Below, piece after piece: positions 50,091-59,598 of a stretch of DNA of 64,000 nt. The first letter of the stretch is position 1. The number at the start of each line of letters is the position of its first letter. The DNA comes from a virus. The position numbers and the translations under genes are program-made. Location: positions 1 to 64,000 of IMG/VR virus record IMGVR_UViG_3300021962_000061. One strand, 5' to 3'. The notes under the pieces were generated by a model, which ran no database searches, was not told where the DNA came from, and saw only the letters and a list, made by a program, of their open reading frames with translations.

Positions 50091-51464
50091 TTATGACGCT
50101 CTCTCTTTAATAAACTGAGAATTAATATCCTTTCTATAATCCTCAATACTTCTTTCATACCCATCTTTAAACAAATCACAAATTGTTACATACTTCTCAA
50201 CATCAGTTATCGCATGTACACAGCTGCCGACTAAAAACTTACCACTTATAAAAAAGTCAGATTCTTCTCTTGGTTCACCAGCTGCCTGGTTAATTTTAAT
50301 GTTGATAATGTCGCCAGGTTTCAATCTTGGGTTACCTAGCAGTACTACAGTCATTACTGTTTGGTTTAGTAGAGCTTTTTGTGCTATTGCTAAACTTGTA
50401 ATTGAACCAATATATTCATTGGTATTATCGTAGGCAACACCACTACATCTAATAAACAAGCTTGGTTCTTCGTTTGTTTCTCTTTGGTCATTATTGACAT
50501 CGCCTACAAAATTTGTCATTTCTTCCTTGTCCATCAATAAGTTTTGACCAAGGAGTAAAACATTTTTAGTTTCGTTTCTTATATCAAACGTTGTTTCCTC
50601 AATTGTTCTTCTTACAAAGTCAAACACAACAGTTTTGTTTTTAAGAGAACCCATCATTATTTTTTTTCTTTGGTCAGTGGATTCGTGATGAACAAATTCC
50701 TGAATTCTAAAATAGTCGTTTGATGCACTTGTTTGATTTCTGTTCTTTTCGGGTGAGAAGATATAATTAAATGAGTTACCACTAGCCACAATATCAGCTA
50801 GTGGCTTGAAGTATATTTTATCTCTTGTTTCATAAAAGAAATAATTGCCTTTCTTGTCATCATTTTCAGAAATACAATGCTTACTGATTTCTTCTATCGC
50901 TGCAAACGGTGGCTTTGACGATATAGTATATGTTAAGGCTCCAAATGTGTTAGCAAAGTTTTCTGGTTGTATTTGATCTGGGGTCGGTGTCAAAAATTCC
51001 TCACACATATTTTTGACAATATCGCTAGCTCTACCTCTATAAGATTTTTTAACAACATTTGTTAAGCTTTTAAATCCAATTTTAGAAACAGCTCTAAAAG
51101 TATATTTTGAACTTTTCTGACCCTCGTTGCGGATCTGACCACCAATTTGTTCAACAACAAATTCTTTAGAAATCTTATCATCAATTGTATCGCTCGGGTC
51201 CTTAAAGATATCAAATCTCAGTATGTCTCCGGGCTGAATACCCAACCGCTGAATAATGTTACCACCGTCCACAAATAATCCCTCAACATACATGAATTTA
51301 GAAAATAATGATTCGTATATTCTAAAGGTTCTTGCATATGTTGTTAATCCAGTTTCTGTATCTGAATTATTTGTTCTCTTTATGAGGGTTATCTTATAAC
51401 CAAATTGTTCAATCTGTCCCTTTTTGACAACAAATGATTGAACTAGCGATTGTGTTTGGGACAT
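50091..51464 (-). CDS. probable baseplate hub protein (gp27-like)
   Basis: IYESLFS, YFFYET, GNPRLKPGDII, SGKFLV; lies between gp53 and gp5. Confidence 0.6.
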   Translation of the reverse strand: MSQTQSLVQSFVVKKGQIEQFGYKITLIKRTNNSDTETGLTTYARTFRIYESLFSKFMYVEGLFVDGGNIIQRLGIQPGDILRFDIFKDPSDTIDDKISKEFVVEQIGGQIRNEGQKSSKYTFRAVSKIGFKSLTNVVKKSYRGRASDIVKNMCEEFLTPTPDQIQPENFANTFGALTYTISSKPPFAAIEEISKHCISENDDKKGNYFFYETRDKIYFKPLADIVASGNSFNYIFSPEKNRNQTSASNDYFRIQEFVHHESTDQRKKIMMGSLKNKTVVFDFVRRTIEETTFDIRNETKNVLLLGQNLLMDKEEMTNFVGDVNNDQRETNEEPSLFIRCSGVAYDNTNEYIGSITSLAIAQKALLNQTVMTVVLLGNPRLKPGDIINIKINQAAGEPREESDFFISGKFLVGSCVHAITDVEKYVTICDLFKDGYERSIEDYRKDINSQFIKERAS

Positions 51465-52000
51465 TACAAATTAACCTTTTTGAATAGTAGCTCTAATTCA
51501 TTAGTAATATCAAGAGAAAGGGATCTATCTATCAGTCTAATTTTTCTTTTTTCTTCGTTAATAATTAATTCGTATGTGTAATTATCAACAGCACTCCACC
51601 CACTTCTTAAAACATTAGTTGTATTTTGGTAAGTTGTTTTTGTCATCCAGTAAGAATGATTGTCGCTTCTATAATATAAAGCGTTGTTAATATTGGTGGC
51701 TTGTTCAATACTACCATATTTTTTAGTAATGTACTTGTCGAATTGATTTGAATCAAGAGGCCAATCATAATATGGATCAATCATATCATTAGCAGCCATA
51801 ATTAACCAAACAAAGTTAATTGAACCATAATAGTTGTATGATAATGTTGTTATCTTTTCGTCGTCTCTAATTGTATACGGGTAAAAATTATCAAAGTTAT
51901 TAAGAAGGTTTTTTGCCAACTTAGCTTTGAGAATAATATTTCTTACGGAGTGTTCACCGTACTGTACAATTGGAAAATTTTTAAAATATTTCTCAGACAT
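51464..52000 (-). CDS. gp53: baseplate wedge protein
   Basis: YFKNFP, LSYNYYGS...WLIMAANDMIDPYYDWPL, YELIINEEKRKI. Confidence 0.92.
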   Translation of the reverse strand: MSEKYFKNFPIVQYGEHSVRNIILKAKLAKNLLNNFDNFYPYTIRDDEKITTLSYNYYGSINFVWLIMAANDMIDPYYDWPLDSNQFDKYITKKYGSIEQATNINNALYYRSDNHSYWMTKTTYQNTTNVLRSGWSAVDNYTYELIINEEKRKIRLIDRSLSLDITNELELLFKKVNL

Positions 52001-52965
52001 TAAGTACCTCTGAATCTACTGACTCTATCTCTTACGTTGTCACGTAATCCATTACCTTCTCTCTCACCTCGTGGGAGGGATTCAACAGCCTGGTTAGGCA
52101 ATATTGTTACATCACCACCATATGTAACATCAAACACATCACCTCTTAGCTGTTCAATTTCTGACAGCTGTAACTGTAGCTCCACAGCTTGGGGAGCCCC
52201 AATCAGACTTGTGCCTGTGTTTTTAAAGAATGCAGGTTGATTGCTTGGATTGTAATTAACTGTGATACCTTGAATTACACATCTAGCAAAGCCAAACAAA
52301 GCATTTGTTCCAAAGAATGTGATTTCCACTTCGCTTGGCATTGACAGGAATAATCCCTGACCAACGGGAAGGGATTCTTTTTTGAATCTCGTAATAATTT
52401 TTTGAATTGCTTCAGAGTCTTCTGGTGTTTCTGGCGTTAGTCTAAAATTTAAATTATGTCTTCTTAATTCAACGTTTTTAAATACAGCTGTTGTGAATGG
52501 ATTAGGAACATTACCTGCTGCAAGGTTTAACGCACCAGCAACAGAGCCTGAAACCTGAGCCAATGTTCTGGCCAAAAACTCAGCATCACCACCAACTCTA
52601 CCAGCAAATGTCTTAACTGCCTCGCTAGCGCCAGATTTAGAAAATGCATCACTCACAGCTTCACCACTTTGAATACCAGCAGCTACTGCACCAAGATCAA
52701 CAGTATCATACGCTAAGCTTAGTGTATCAGTGATGTTTTCTGGTAATGGCAGTGCTATATGAGCTTGCGTTAAGTTACGTGAAACGACTTGCTTTTTAGT
52801 ATCCGTTGTGCCCCCAAACGATGTTTCAAACTTAACAAATTTGAACAACGTGCCCATGTTCAATTTACTATCAGCAGCTGGGAAAACTGTTTCAGCAATG
52901 TCATTGACTCTTCTTGCTCTGTTCAATACTGCTGATGGATGATTTCTACTTCCAGGTCCGGCCAT
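52000..52965 (-). CDS. gp48: baseplate tail tube cap
   Basis: IALPLPENITD, PNPF...F..VELRRHNLNFRLTP, CVIQGITVNY; likely start MAGPG at 52965. Confidence 0.82.
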   Translation of the reverse strand: MAGPGSRNHPSAVLNRARRVNDIAETVFPAADSKLNMGTLFKFVKFETSFGGTTDTKKQVVSRNLTQAHIALPLPENITDTLSLAYDTVDLGAVAAGIQSGEAVSDAFSKSGASEAVKTFAGRVGGDAEFLARTLAQVSGSVAGALNLAAGNVPNPFTTAVFKNVELRRHNLNFRLTPETPEDSEAIQKIITRFKKESLPVGQGLFLSMPSEVEITFFGTNALFGFARCVIQGITVNYNPSNQPAFFKNTGTSLIGAPQAVELQLQLSEIEQLRGDVFDVTYGGDVTILPNQAVESLPRGEREGNGLRDNVRDRVSRFRGT

Positions 52966-52972
52966 ATAAATA
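52965..52972 (+). promoter_or_regulatory. late promoter TATAAATA for the gp4-gp2-gp54-gp26 operon
   Basis: Exact consensus, 5 nt before the gp4 ATG. Confidence 0.8.
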
Positions 52973-52977
52973 CCTAT

Positions 52978-53421
52978 ATGAGTTATAAGGGGCGTTACAA
53001 AGTTAAAAATCCACAAAAATACAAAGGTGACCCCACCAATGTTATTTATCGTTCATCTTTAGAGCTTAAATTGATGAACTATCTTGATATGCATCCTGAT
53101 GTTCTTGAATGGTCAAGTGAAGAGTTTTTCATTCCTTATATTTCACCAATTGATGGCAGATTCCATAGGTACTTTCCGGATTTCAGTGTGAAGAGACGTG
53201 ATAAGAATGGTAACGTTGATAAAATTGTAATTGAGATTAAACCGTCAACACAAACACGACCACCAGAAAAGAAAAGTAAAGTCACTAGAAGATATATTAC
53301 AGATGTTAAAAATTGGGGTGTAAATAATGCCAAGTGGAAGGCATGCCAAGAGTTCTGCGATGAGAAAAATTGGAAATTTCAAATATTGACAGAACGAGAA
53401 ATTAATGGCTACAACTACTAA
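52978..53421 (+). CDS. gp4: head completion nuclease (TnsA-like PD-(D/E)xK)
   Basis: MSYKGRY..KNPQKYKGDP, YRSSLE, WSSEE, HRYFPDF, IEIKP, NNAKW. Confidence 0.93.
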   Translation: MSYKGRYKVKNPQKYKGDPTNVIYRSSLELKLMNYLDMHPDVLEWSSEEFFIPYISPIDGRFHRYFPDFSVKRRDKNGNVDKIVIEIKPSTQTRPPEKKSKVTRRYITDVKNWGVNNAKWKACQEFCDEKNWKFQILTEREINGYNY

Positions 53422-54019
53422 TAGCAATATTACAGGATTTCAAAAGCTGCTGCAGCAAGCTGCTGATGAGGGTGTTTTATTAGATAACTCTAAAGAGTCG
53501 TTAGAGTGGCTAAGGAAGAAGTACGTAACGATCAAACCATCCGACGTCATAGAAAAGAAGTTTTTATCTGAAACAGATAGAAGGCGAAAAACACCACTGC
53601 TTGGTAGAATGTACATGTTTTTGTACATGCCAAAATACAGAAATGAATTACCTTACTACGATAGGTTTCCATTAGTATTTCCATTTAGAAGGGTGGCTGG
53701 CGGATTTTACGGATTAAATTTACATTACCTATCACCTAAGTATAGGGCACTGCTAATGGATCCGCTATACAATCTACTTAATAATATGAAGTTTGATGAG
53801 TCAACTCGGCTGAGAATGACATATGACCTACTTGATAGTTCATCTAAATATAGATGGTTCAAGCCTTGTGTAAAGCATTATCTAACAGAATATATGCGCT
53901 CAACCTTAGTTTATATTGAACCTACAGAGTGGAACCTTGCTTTGTTTGTTCCTTCTGAGCAGTTTAGAAAAGAAAACAAGAGAAATGTTTGGCAAGATTC
54001 ATACAGGTCAATAAACTAA
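53405..54019 (+). CDS. gp2: DNA end protector protein
   Basis: GRMYMFLY.PKY...LPYYDRFPL, GLNLHYL, PCVKHYL. Confidence 0.93.
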   Translation: MATTTNSNITGFQKLLQQAADEGVLLDNSKESLEWLRKKYVTIKPSDVIEKKFLSETDRRRKTPLLGRMYMFLYMPKYRNELPYYDRFPLVFPFRRVAGGFYGLNLHYLSPKYRALLMDPLYNLLNNMKFDESTRLRMTYDLLDSSSKYRWFKPCVKHYLTEYMRSTLVYIEPTEWNLALFVPSEQFRKENKRNVWQDSYRSIN

Positions 54020-55083
54020 TGGCATTTGATATAGACAAATGGAAGTCAGTTCACACTGCTGGATTTTTAAGATCTTCCAACTACATTGCTTTAATATATC
54101 CTCCACAATGGGCCTATGCAGAGTCTGAGAAGTGGTGGGGTCCTGATTTGGCTTATCTTATTTCTGCTACATCTCTACCAGGCGTACAGATAGCCACTAC
54201 AGAAAGCAGATTATATGGTCAAGGCCCATTAGTCAAAATGCCATATGATATCTTAATTACAGATATTCAAATGAAGCTGTATGTTGATGCTACAGGAAGA
54301 TCAATTCCCTTTTTCCACGATTGGGTAAGGAATATTGTTAACCTTAGCCACGTACAAAATGAACCTAGATTTGGTGCATTTAGTAATCAAATATCATATA
54401 GAAGTGAGTATGCTACAAGAATTGACATACTTGTTTATGGTGATAAGCCTAGAGTAAGTAGTGGCGAATTAGCTGATGGGGCTTTAATGATTTACAGCCT
54501 CTATGACGCATTTCCTGTGTCAGTATCAGAGGCATCATTGGATTGGCAAGCTGGTGGTGAAATAATGACGTTCAATGTTTCGTGGGCGTACAGATCATTT
54601 GAGTATAAACTGCTTGAAGACGTTGCCCCTACTATTAAGAGCACTGCAGTGAGAATACAGCAACCAAAGAGTACTTCAGCATCAGATGCTGGCACTGCTC
54701 CAACAAGAGTTCCTTTGAATGTGTCAAATCCTACAGTACCTACAGCAGTACCCGTAGATCTTTCTAATGGACCACCACAGGTAAACACAACAGCAAAGAG
54801 ACCAGAAAGTGGATTGGCAAGAATTAATAAAACAGCTAGCAACATCAGAGAGAGTTCTCAGAAAGTTAGAACTCAATCCGTATCCTTAATCAAAAATGTT
54901 GAGAGTGTAATTTATAACAACGAATACATAAAGGCCGCAGAAAACATTGTTGGTACAATCAATGATGTTAGAAAGACAGTTGGCGTTCTAGCAAAACTCA
55001 ATAATACATTGAAGAGTGACCTAAAACAACAACTCACTACAGCTACCGGCGGTAAGAGTTTGAAGAATATTATTAAATTTTAA
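54019..55083 (+). CDS. gp54: baseplate tail tube initiator
   Basis: gp19-like fold (SLPG, KMPY, FFHDW, LYDAFP, FNVSWAYR); likely start MAFDI at 54019. Confidence 0.75.
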   Translation: MAFDIDKWKSVHTAGFLRSSNYIALIYPPQWAYAESEKWWGPDLAYLISATSLPGVQIATTESRLYGQGPLVKMPYDILITDIQMKLYVDATGRSIPFFHDWVRNIVNLSHVQNEPRFGAFSNQISYRSEYATRIDILVYGDKPRVSSGELADGALMIYSLYDAFPVSVSEASLDWQAGGEIMTFNVSWAYRSFEYKLLEDVAPTIKSTAVRIQQPKSTSASDAGTAPTRVPLNVSNPTVPTAVPVDLSNGPPQVNTTAKRPESGLARINKTASNIRESSQKVRTQSVSLIKNVESVIYNNEYIKAAENIVGTINDVRKTVGVLAKLNNTLKSDLKQQLTTATGGKSLKNIIKF

Positions 55084-55098
55084 CTATTGAGGTGAAGT

Positions 55099-55788
55099 AT
55101 GCCACTACCAAAAATTAACCAACCAATTTTTTCATTAACACTACCATCTACAGGTAAAGCAATTAGATTTAGACCCTTTACTGTTAGAGAAGAGAAGTTA
55201 TTGTTGATTGCTCAGGAATCCGGTGAACGTAAAGACATTATCAATGCATATAAGCAACTAATTAATAATTGCTGTATTGATCCAGTGGATGTTGACAAGT
55301 TAGCATCATTTGATATTGAGTACTTCTTTATCAATCTTAGATCTAAGTCTGTTTCAAATATTGCTAAAGTTATGATTACAGATCAAGACGATGGTAAGCA
55401 ATACGAAGTAGAATTCAATCTTGATAAAGCTGAAATTGTGAAGAAGAACGATATATCAAACAACATTAAGTTAACTGATAGCATTGGTGTTTTCCTCAAA
55501 TATCCAACATTTGAAATGTTATTGAGCCTTGATCTAGAAAAATTAGATACCATTGGTATTCTTCGAAGTTGTATTGATCAAATTTATGAAGGTGATCAAG
55601 TATTTGACACATCAAACTACACTACTAGTGAGATGGATGAATTTATTATGTCACTCAATAAACACCAGATGGAAAAAATTCAAGAATTCTTTGAGTCATT
55701 ACCAAAAATTGTTGCGCGTAGTAAATATGTAACTGCTGAAGGTAATGTCAAAGATATTGTGATTGAGGGCCTCGATAATTTTTTCTAG
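55099..55788 (+). CDS. gp26: baseplate hub assembly protein
   Basis: MPLPKI, FRPFTVREEKLLL, FDIEYFFINLRSKSV, LKYPT, EGLDNFF. Confidence 0.93.
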   Translation: MPLPKINQPIFSLTLPSTGKAIRFRPFTVREEKLLLIAQESGERKDIINAYKQLINNCCIDPVDVDKLASFDIEYFFINLRSKSVSNIAKVMITDQDDGKQYEVEFNLDKAEIVKKNDISNNIKLTDSIGVFLKYPTFEMLLSLDLEKLDTIGILRSCIDQIYEGDQVFDTSNYTTSEMDEFIMSLNKHQMEKIQEFFESLPKIVARSKYVTAEGNVKDIVIEGLDNFF

Positions 55789-55979
55789 TCCTGGCTGGGT
55801 ATAACAACCTAGCCAATTATTACCAGACTGTATTTGCATTATGTCAGCATCATAAATATTCAATTAGAGATATTGAAGATTTGATGCCTTATGAAAGAGA
55901 CATATACTTAACATTATTAATAGATTTTCTTGAAAAAGAAAAGGAAAACTTAAGAAAGCAAGGAATTAGGGACGTATAG
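55785..55979 (+). CDS. gp51: gp51-like baseplate hub assembly catalyst, probably expressed by -1 frameshift from gp26
   Basis: Hand translation: LVLAGYNNLANYYQTVFALCQHHKYSIRDIEDLMPYERDIYLTLLIDFLEKE...; no ATG precedes the conserved part. Confidence 0.82.
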   Translation, partial: LVLAGYNNLANYYQTVFALCQHHKYSIRDIEDLMPYERDIYLTLLIDFLEKEKENLRKQGIRDV

Positions 55980-55982
55980 TTA

Positions 55983-58034
55983 ATGGCTGATAAACCACTA
56001 CCAAATGTAAACCAACAAGATCCAGCCCGAGCTGTTATTCAGGTTAAGCTGGACAGTGGCCAGTTTAAAGTTCTGGATAGAATGGTTTTGTTGTTAACTA
56101 ATGTGTCCGACAACCTCTACAACTTAACAGGGTTTATGGGCGCCCAGCTCACTTCTCTTAAGGAAACGGAAGCTGCACTAAAGGAAATGGCAGCTGTTGA
56201 TGAAGGAAAGGAAAGGGAAAAGGCTCTTGAGAAAGAACGAAAGCAGGTACCACAGCAAGAAAAAAAGAACCCATTCCAAAAAATTATAGATTTCTTTGAT
56301 AACATTATTAATGTTCTTCTGCCCTTCATTATTGGCTTTTTTATTGGACTGAAGAAAGAAATAGGGCTGATAGCAGCTCTTGCGTTAGTCTTTAGAAAAC
56401 AAATATTTTCAATATTTAAACTTGTTTTTGATCAAATAAAGAAAGTAGTCCTTGCTCGGAGTGGGACAGCTGCTACAGATAAAGCGGCAGGAGCAGCCGG
56501 AGCGGCTGGCCAGCAGGTGCCAGAATCACCTGAAGGTAAGGGAGCTAAGGGTGCAAAGAAAGGACCTTCTGGATTAGACAAGTTCCTGGAAGGGGCTAGA
56601 AAGACTGGCAAGGCTATAAAGGACTTGTTCGTAGGTATTGCTGATACTATTGCCAAGGTTCTTGGTAAGCTAGCTGGTGGTATCAAAGATTTTATATCAA
56701 AAGTTTCACAAGGTATCAAGACGCTTTTACAAAACATCGCCAAAGGTATTGAAAGCTTTGGTAAGGGCAATGTATTAAAGGGTGCAGCTGCTCTATTGGT
56801 TGTATCTGGTGCTCTGTTCGTTGCTGCCAAGGCATTCAAAGAATTTGCAGATGTCAAGTGGGAATCTGTTGCCAAGGGCTTAGTGGGCATTACTGGACTT
56901 GTTGTCGTAATGAAACTACTAGAGAAAGTAACAGGTAGTATTATTAAGGGTGCTGCAGCTCTTGCAATTATGTCAGGCGCATTATTTATTGCTGGCAAAG
57001 CATTCCAACAATTTGCTGATGTCAATTGGGAAACATTGGCCATCGCTGCAGTTGGTATTGGTGGTCTGGCAGCTGCAATGATGCTGCTTGGTCCAGCAAT
57101 TGTTCCTATTACTTTGGGTGCTGCTGCTCTTGGTGTTATGAGCTTGGCGCTAGCTGGGTTTGGAGCAGCTGTACAAGTACTAGCAGCTGGCTTACCTACA
57201 ATTAGTGAATTTATTAAAACTTTGGCTACTATTGATGGTGGAGCACTGCTGCTTGCTGCCTCGGGCATAACGGCTATTGGTGTAGCGTTAGCAGCATTAG
57301 GTGCTGGCCAGGTTATACAAGCATTGGGTAACTTTGTTTCTGGAATCTTGAGTTTTGGTGAAGAAGACATCTTTACCAAACTAACGAACCTTGGTAAAGT
57401 TGCTGGTGATTTAAATCAATTACCAGCTACACTAGAAGCTCTTGGTGGATTGTCAAACTTCAAAGTCTCAAGTGACTTTATGAAGAATGTTGATATACTA
57501 TCAGGTGGCCTAAAGAAAATAGCTGATGCTGCTAAAGGATTTGAAAACACAGACGATTCTCTAACTGCTTTAGCTAAGATTGCTGGGGCAATGGGTAAAC
57601 CTGCTGGTGGCGCCGCTGGCAAACCTGCTGCTACTGGCGGACCAATGTACAGTGAAAAGGATCTTGCTGATCAGAAGAAGCGTTTAGAGATAGCTGAGAA
57701 GGCTGGCGGAAAGGCTGCTATTAGTGTAGAACGTAGTCGACTCCAAAACATGGAGTCCCGAAATAGATTGGCAGCAGCTGAAGGTCCTAATGTTAAGCCT
57801 GTACCAACAGGCGTACCGGGTCAAACATTAAATGCTGAGTCTCAGGCTATTAATAACCGTGCCACTGCTGGCCAGGGGGCAGGCGTTTCACAAAACGTTG
57901 TTGCACCAACTACAACTGTTAACCAAAGTAGCAGTCAAAACTTAAGCACATACCCATCTGCAACACCTGCATTTGGTTCATGGCAAAGCCAATTCTACAA
58001 TCTTGGCTTGTCTGGCCGGCGTCCAGAATTTTAA
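55983..58034 (+). CDS. tape measure / baseplate hub protein (gp29-like)
   Basis: Ala/Gly-rich helical repeats (KGAAAL...AF..FADV.WE); follows gp26/gp51. Confidence 0.7.
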   Translation: MADKPLPNVNQQDPARAVIQVKLDSGQFKVLDRMVLLLTNVSDNLYNLTGFMGAQLTSLKETEAALKEMAAVDEGKEREKALEKERKQVPQQEKKNPFQKIIDFFDNIINVLLPFIIGFFIGLKKEIGLIAALALVFRKQIFSIFKLVFDQIKKVVLARSGTAATDKAAGAAGAAGQQVPESPEGKGAKGAKKGPSGLDKFLEGARKTGKAIKDLFVGIADTIAKVLGKLAGGIKDFISKVSQGIKTLLQNIAKGIESFGKGNVLKGAAALLVVSGALFVAAKAFKEFADVKWESVAKGLVGITGLVVVMKLLEKVTGSIIKGAAALAIMSGALFIAGKAFQQFADVNWETLAIAAVGIGGLAAAMMLLGPAIVPITLGAAALGVMSLALAGFGAAVQVLAAGLPTISEFIKTLATIDGGALLLAASGITAIGVALAALGAGQVIQALGNFVSGILSFGEEDIFTKLTNLGKVAGDLNQLPATLEALGGLSNFKVSSDFMKNVDILSGGLKKIADAAKGFENTDDSLTALAKIAGAMGKPAGGAAGKPAATGGPMYSEKDLADQKKRLEIAEKAGGKAAISVERSRLQNMESRNRLAAAEGPNVKPVPTGVPGQTLNAESQAINNRATAGQGAGVSQNVVAPTTTVNQSSSQNLSTYPSATPAFGSWQSQFYNLGLSGRRPEF

Positions 58035-59593
58035 TTATATACACTTAAGTCTGGGTAGCACATAGCCAAAGCATCTTGCTTGGTACCAATTGTTTCCCTT
58101 AGCTTGTTGTTTGTGTTTTTAGTGAACACAGTACACATAAACAGTTGGGCAACACCATCATATCTAAAAACAGCATCCTCTGTATTAGAACCCGTTTGCA
58201 ATATCCAGGATGATCCATACGTAGCCACAATTGTATCAATTTGGTTTGGGCTATATGGAAGCTGCTGTAGTTCTGATAGAGCTTGAGCGGAATCAAACTG
58301 AGTTGTGATCGGATCAGTACTTATATAGCTACTCAAGTACTGCAATGTTGGTACAGTAGTTCCATAATATCTAAACAAGCTGTATGTGTAGCCATTGCTA
58401 GTGGGCTGGTGGCTAACCTGTCTTGAAAATTGTACACCCTGATCCACTTTATTACATCCATATGTTTGAGTTGCATCAACAATTGGCGATCTATAGTTAA
58501 ACTCAACAGTTGGTGTGCTAAACGATAACATATTACTACACGTATTGTTCTTTTTAGTAAACACTACACTTCTGTTAGTAAATTTAATAACTCTTCTGCT
58601 ATATGAGGATGCTTTGATTAGATTCGTATCAGTTTCAACATTAACTACTTGACATCCATAGATGTTGTCTTCACCGCAAAGCGAATCCACCACTAATCCA
58701 TCATTGCGCAATCTTGTGCCTCTACTAACAAGAAAAACATTACCCGATTCATTCGTAGGCATAGTTAACTGATTACTATACACAGAAAGATCAAATGATA
58801 CAGATTGAGGATTTGTATCAATTATTTGTTTGATGACATCAAAATTAATATTATAGAAGCTCCTTACTTGACCGGTGGCTCCTAAATTCGTTTGTATTGA
58901 TTGAGTAACTCTCTTACTAATCTGCTGATAGGCTGCAAGATAGTCAACTATAAGCTCACCTTTTTGTTGAGCTGCAGTATCATTTGAAAGAATGTAGTCA
59001 TTGTAAAATGTCGATATGTCTACGCCTATATCTTTCATTTTTACGGCGAATGATTCCACTTCCTTTTTAGCCAAAGTAGCAACGTTGTTTGACTGACTAC
59101 TGCATCCATCACCAACACTAATGCTTGTGGATGAAACAATATCAGAGATAGCTACTGCAAATAAAGTAGTGAAGGGTGTTAAATTGACATTTGTTTGATT
59201 TGATCCAACCCAAGACCCAGGTAGGTGAAGCATAGTGTATGGTACACTAACCACTCCTCGATCACTGTCTACAGCTCCTGCGGGAACATTAACAACTATT
59301 GGTCTGTCTTGCCAGCACTGGAAATTGCTTACCTGTTCTTGTGTAAATTGCCAGCTTCCATCAGATCCGGATACTGTTATTGGTTCACCGGTCTCGTGAC
59401 TCATGCTCCAGTTTACATCAATATAGATACTAGCTCCAGAAACATATCCGTCAATAACTTTACCAGCTATTACGGATGGTATTGTCTGTACAGTAGCTGC
59501 TTTAGATAAAGTGGGGGTGGAAGAATTTTCTTCTCCACCCCCACACGATGCTACAACTAGGCACACTAGTATGCCTACTGTTGCTCTGTTCAT
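58031..59593 (-). CDS. predicted lipoprotein
   Basis: Signal peptide with lipobox LVVAS-CGGG; GKVIDGYVSGASIYIDVN...GEP...DGSW; NLTPFTTL. Confidence 0.75.
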   Translation of the reverse strand: MNRATVGILVCLVVASCGGGEENSSTPTLSKAATVQTIPSVIAGKVIDGYVSGASIYIDVNWSMSHETGEPITVSGSDGSWQFTQEQVSNFQCWQDRPIVVNVPAGAVDSDRGVVSVPYTMLHLPGSWVGSNQTNVNLTPFTTLFAVAISDIVSSTSISVGDGCSSQSNNVATLAKKEVESFAVKMKDIGVDISTFYNDYILSNDTAAQQKGELIVDYLAAYQQISKRVTQSIQTNLGATGQVRSFYNINFDVIKQIIDTNPQSVSFDLSVYSNQLTMPTNESGNVFLVSRGTRLRNDGLVVDSLCGEDNIYGCQVVNVETDTNLIKASSYSRRVIKFTNRSVVFTKKNNTCSNMLSFSTPTVEFNYRSPIVDATQTYGCNKVDQGVQFSRQVSHQPTSNGYTYSLFRYYGTTVPTLQYLSSYISTDPITTQFDSAQALSELQQLPYSPNQIDTIVATYGSSWILQTGSNTEDAVFRYDGVAQLFMCTVFTKNTNNKLRETIGTKQDALAMCYPDLSVYN

Positions 59594-59598
59594 TTTTT

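Noticed and set aside
52978-53421. TnsA transposase or homing endonuclease
   Set aside because: Motifs and position next to gp2 identify it as head completion protein gp4
56432-57379. 315-aa minus-strand ORF
   Set aside because: Antisense shadow of the Ala/Gly-rich tape measure gene
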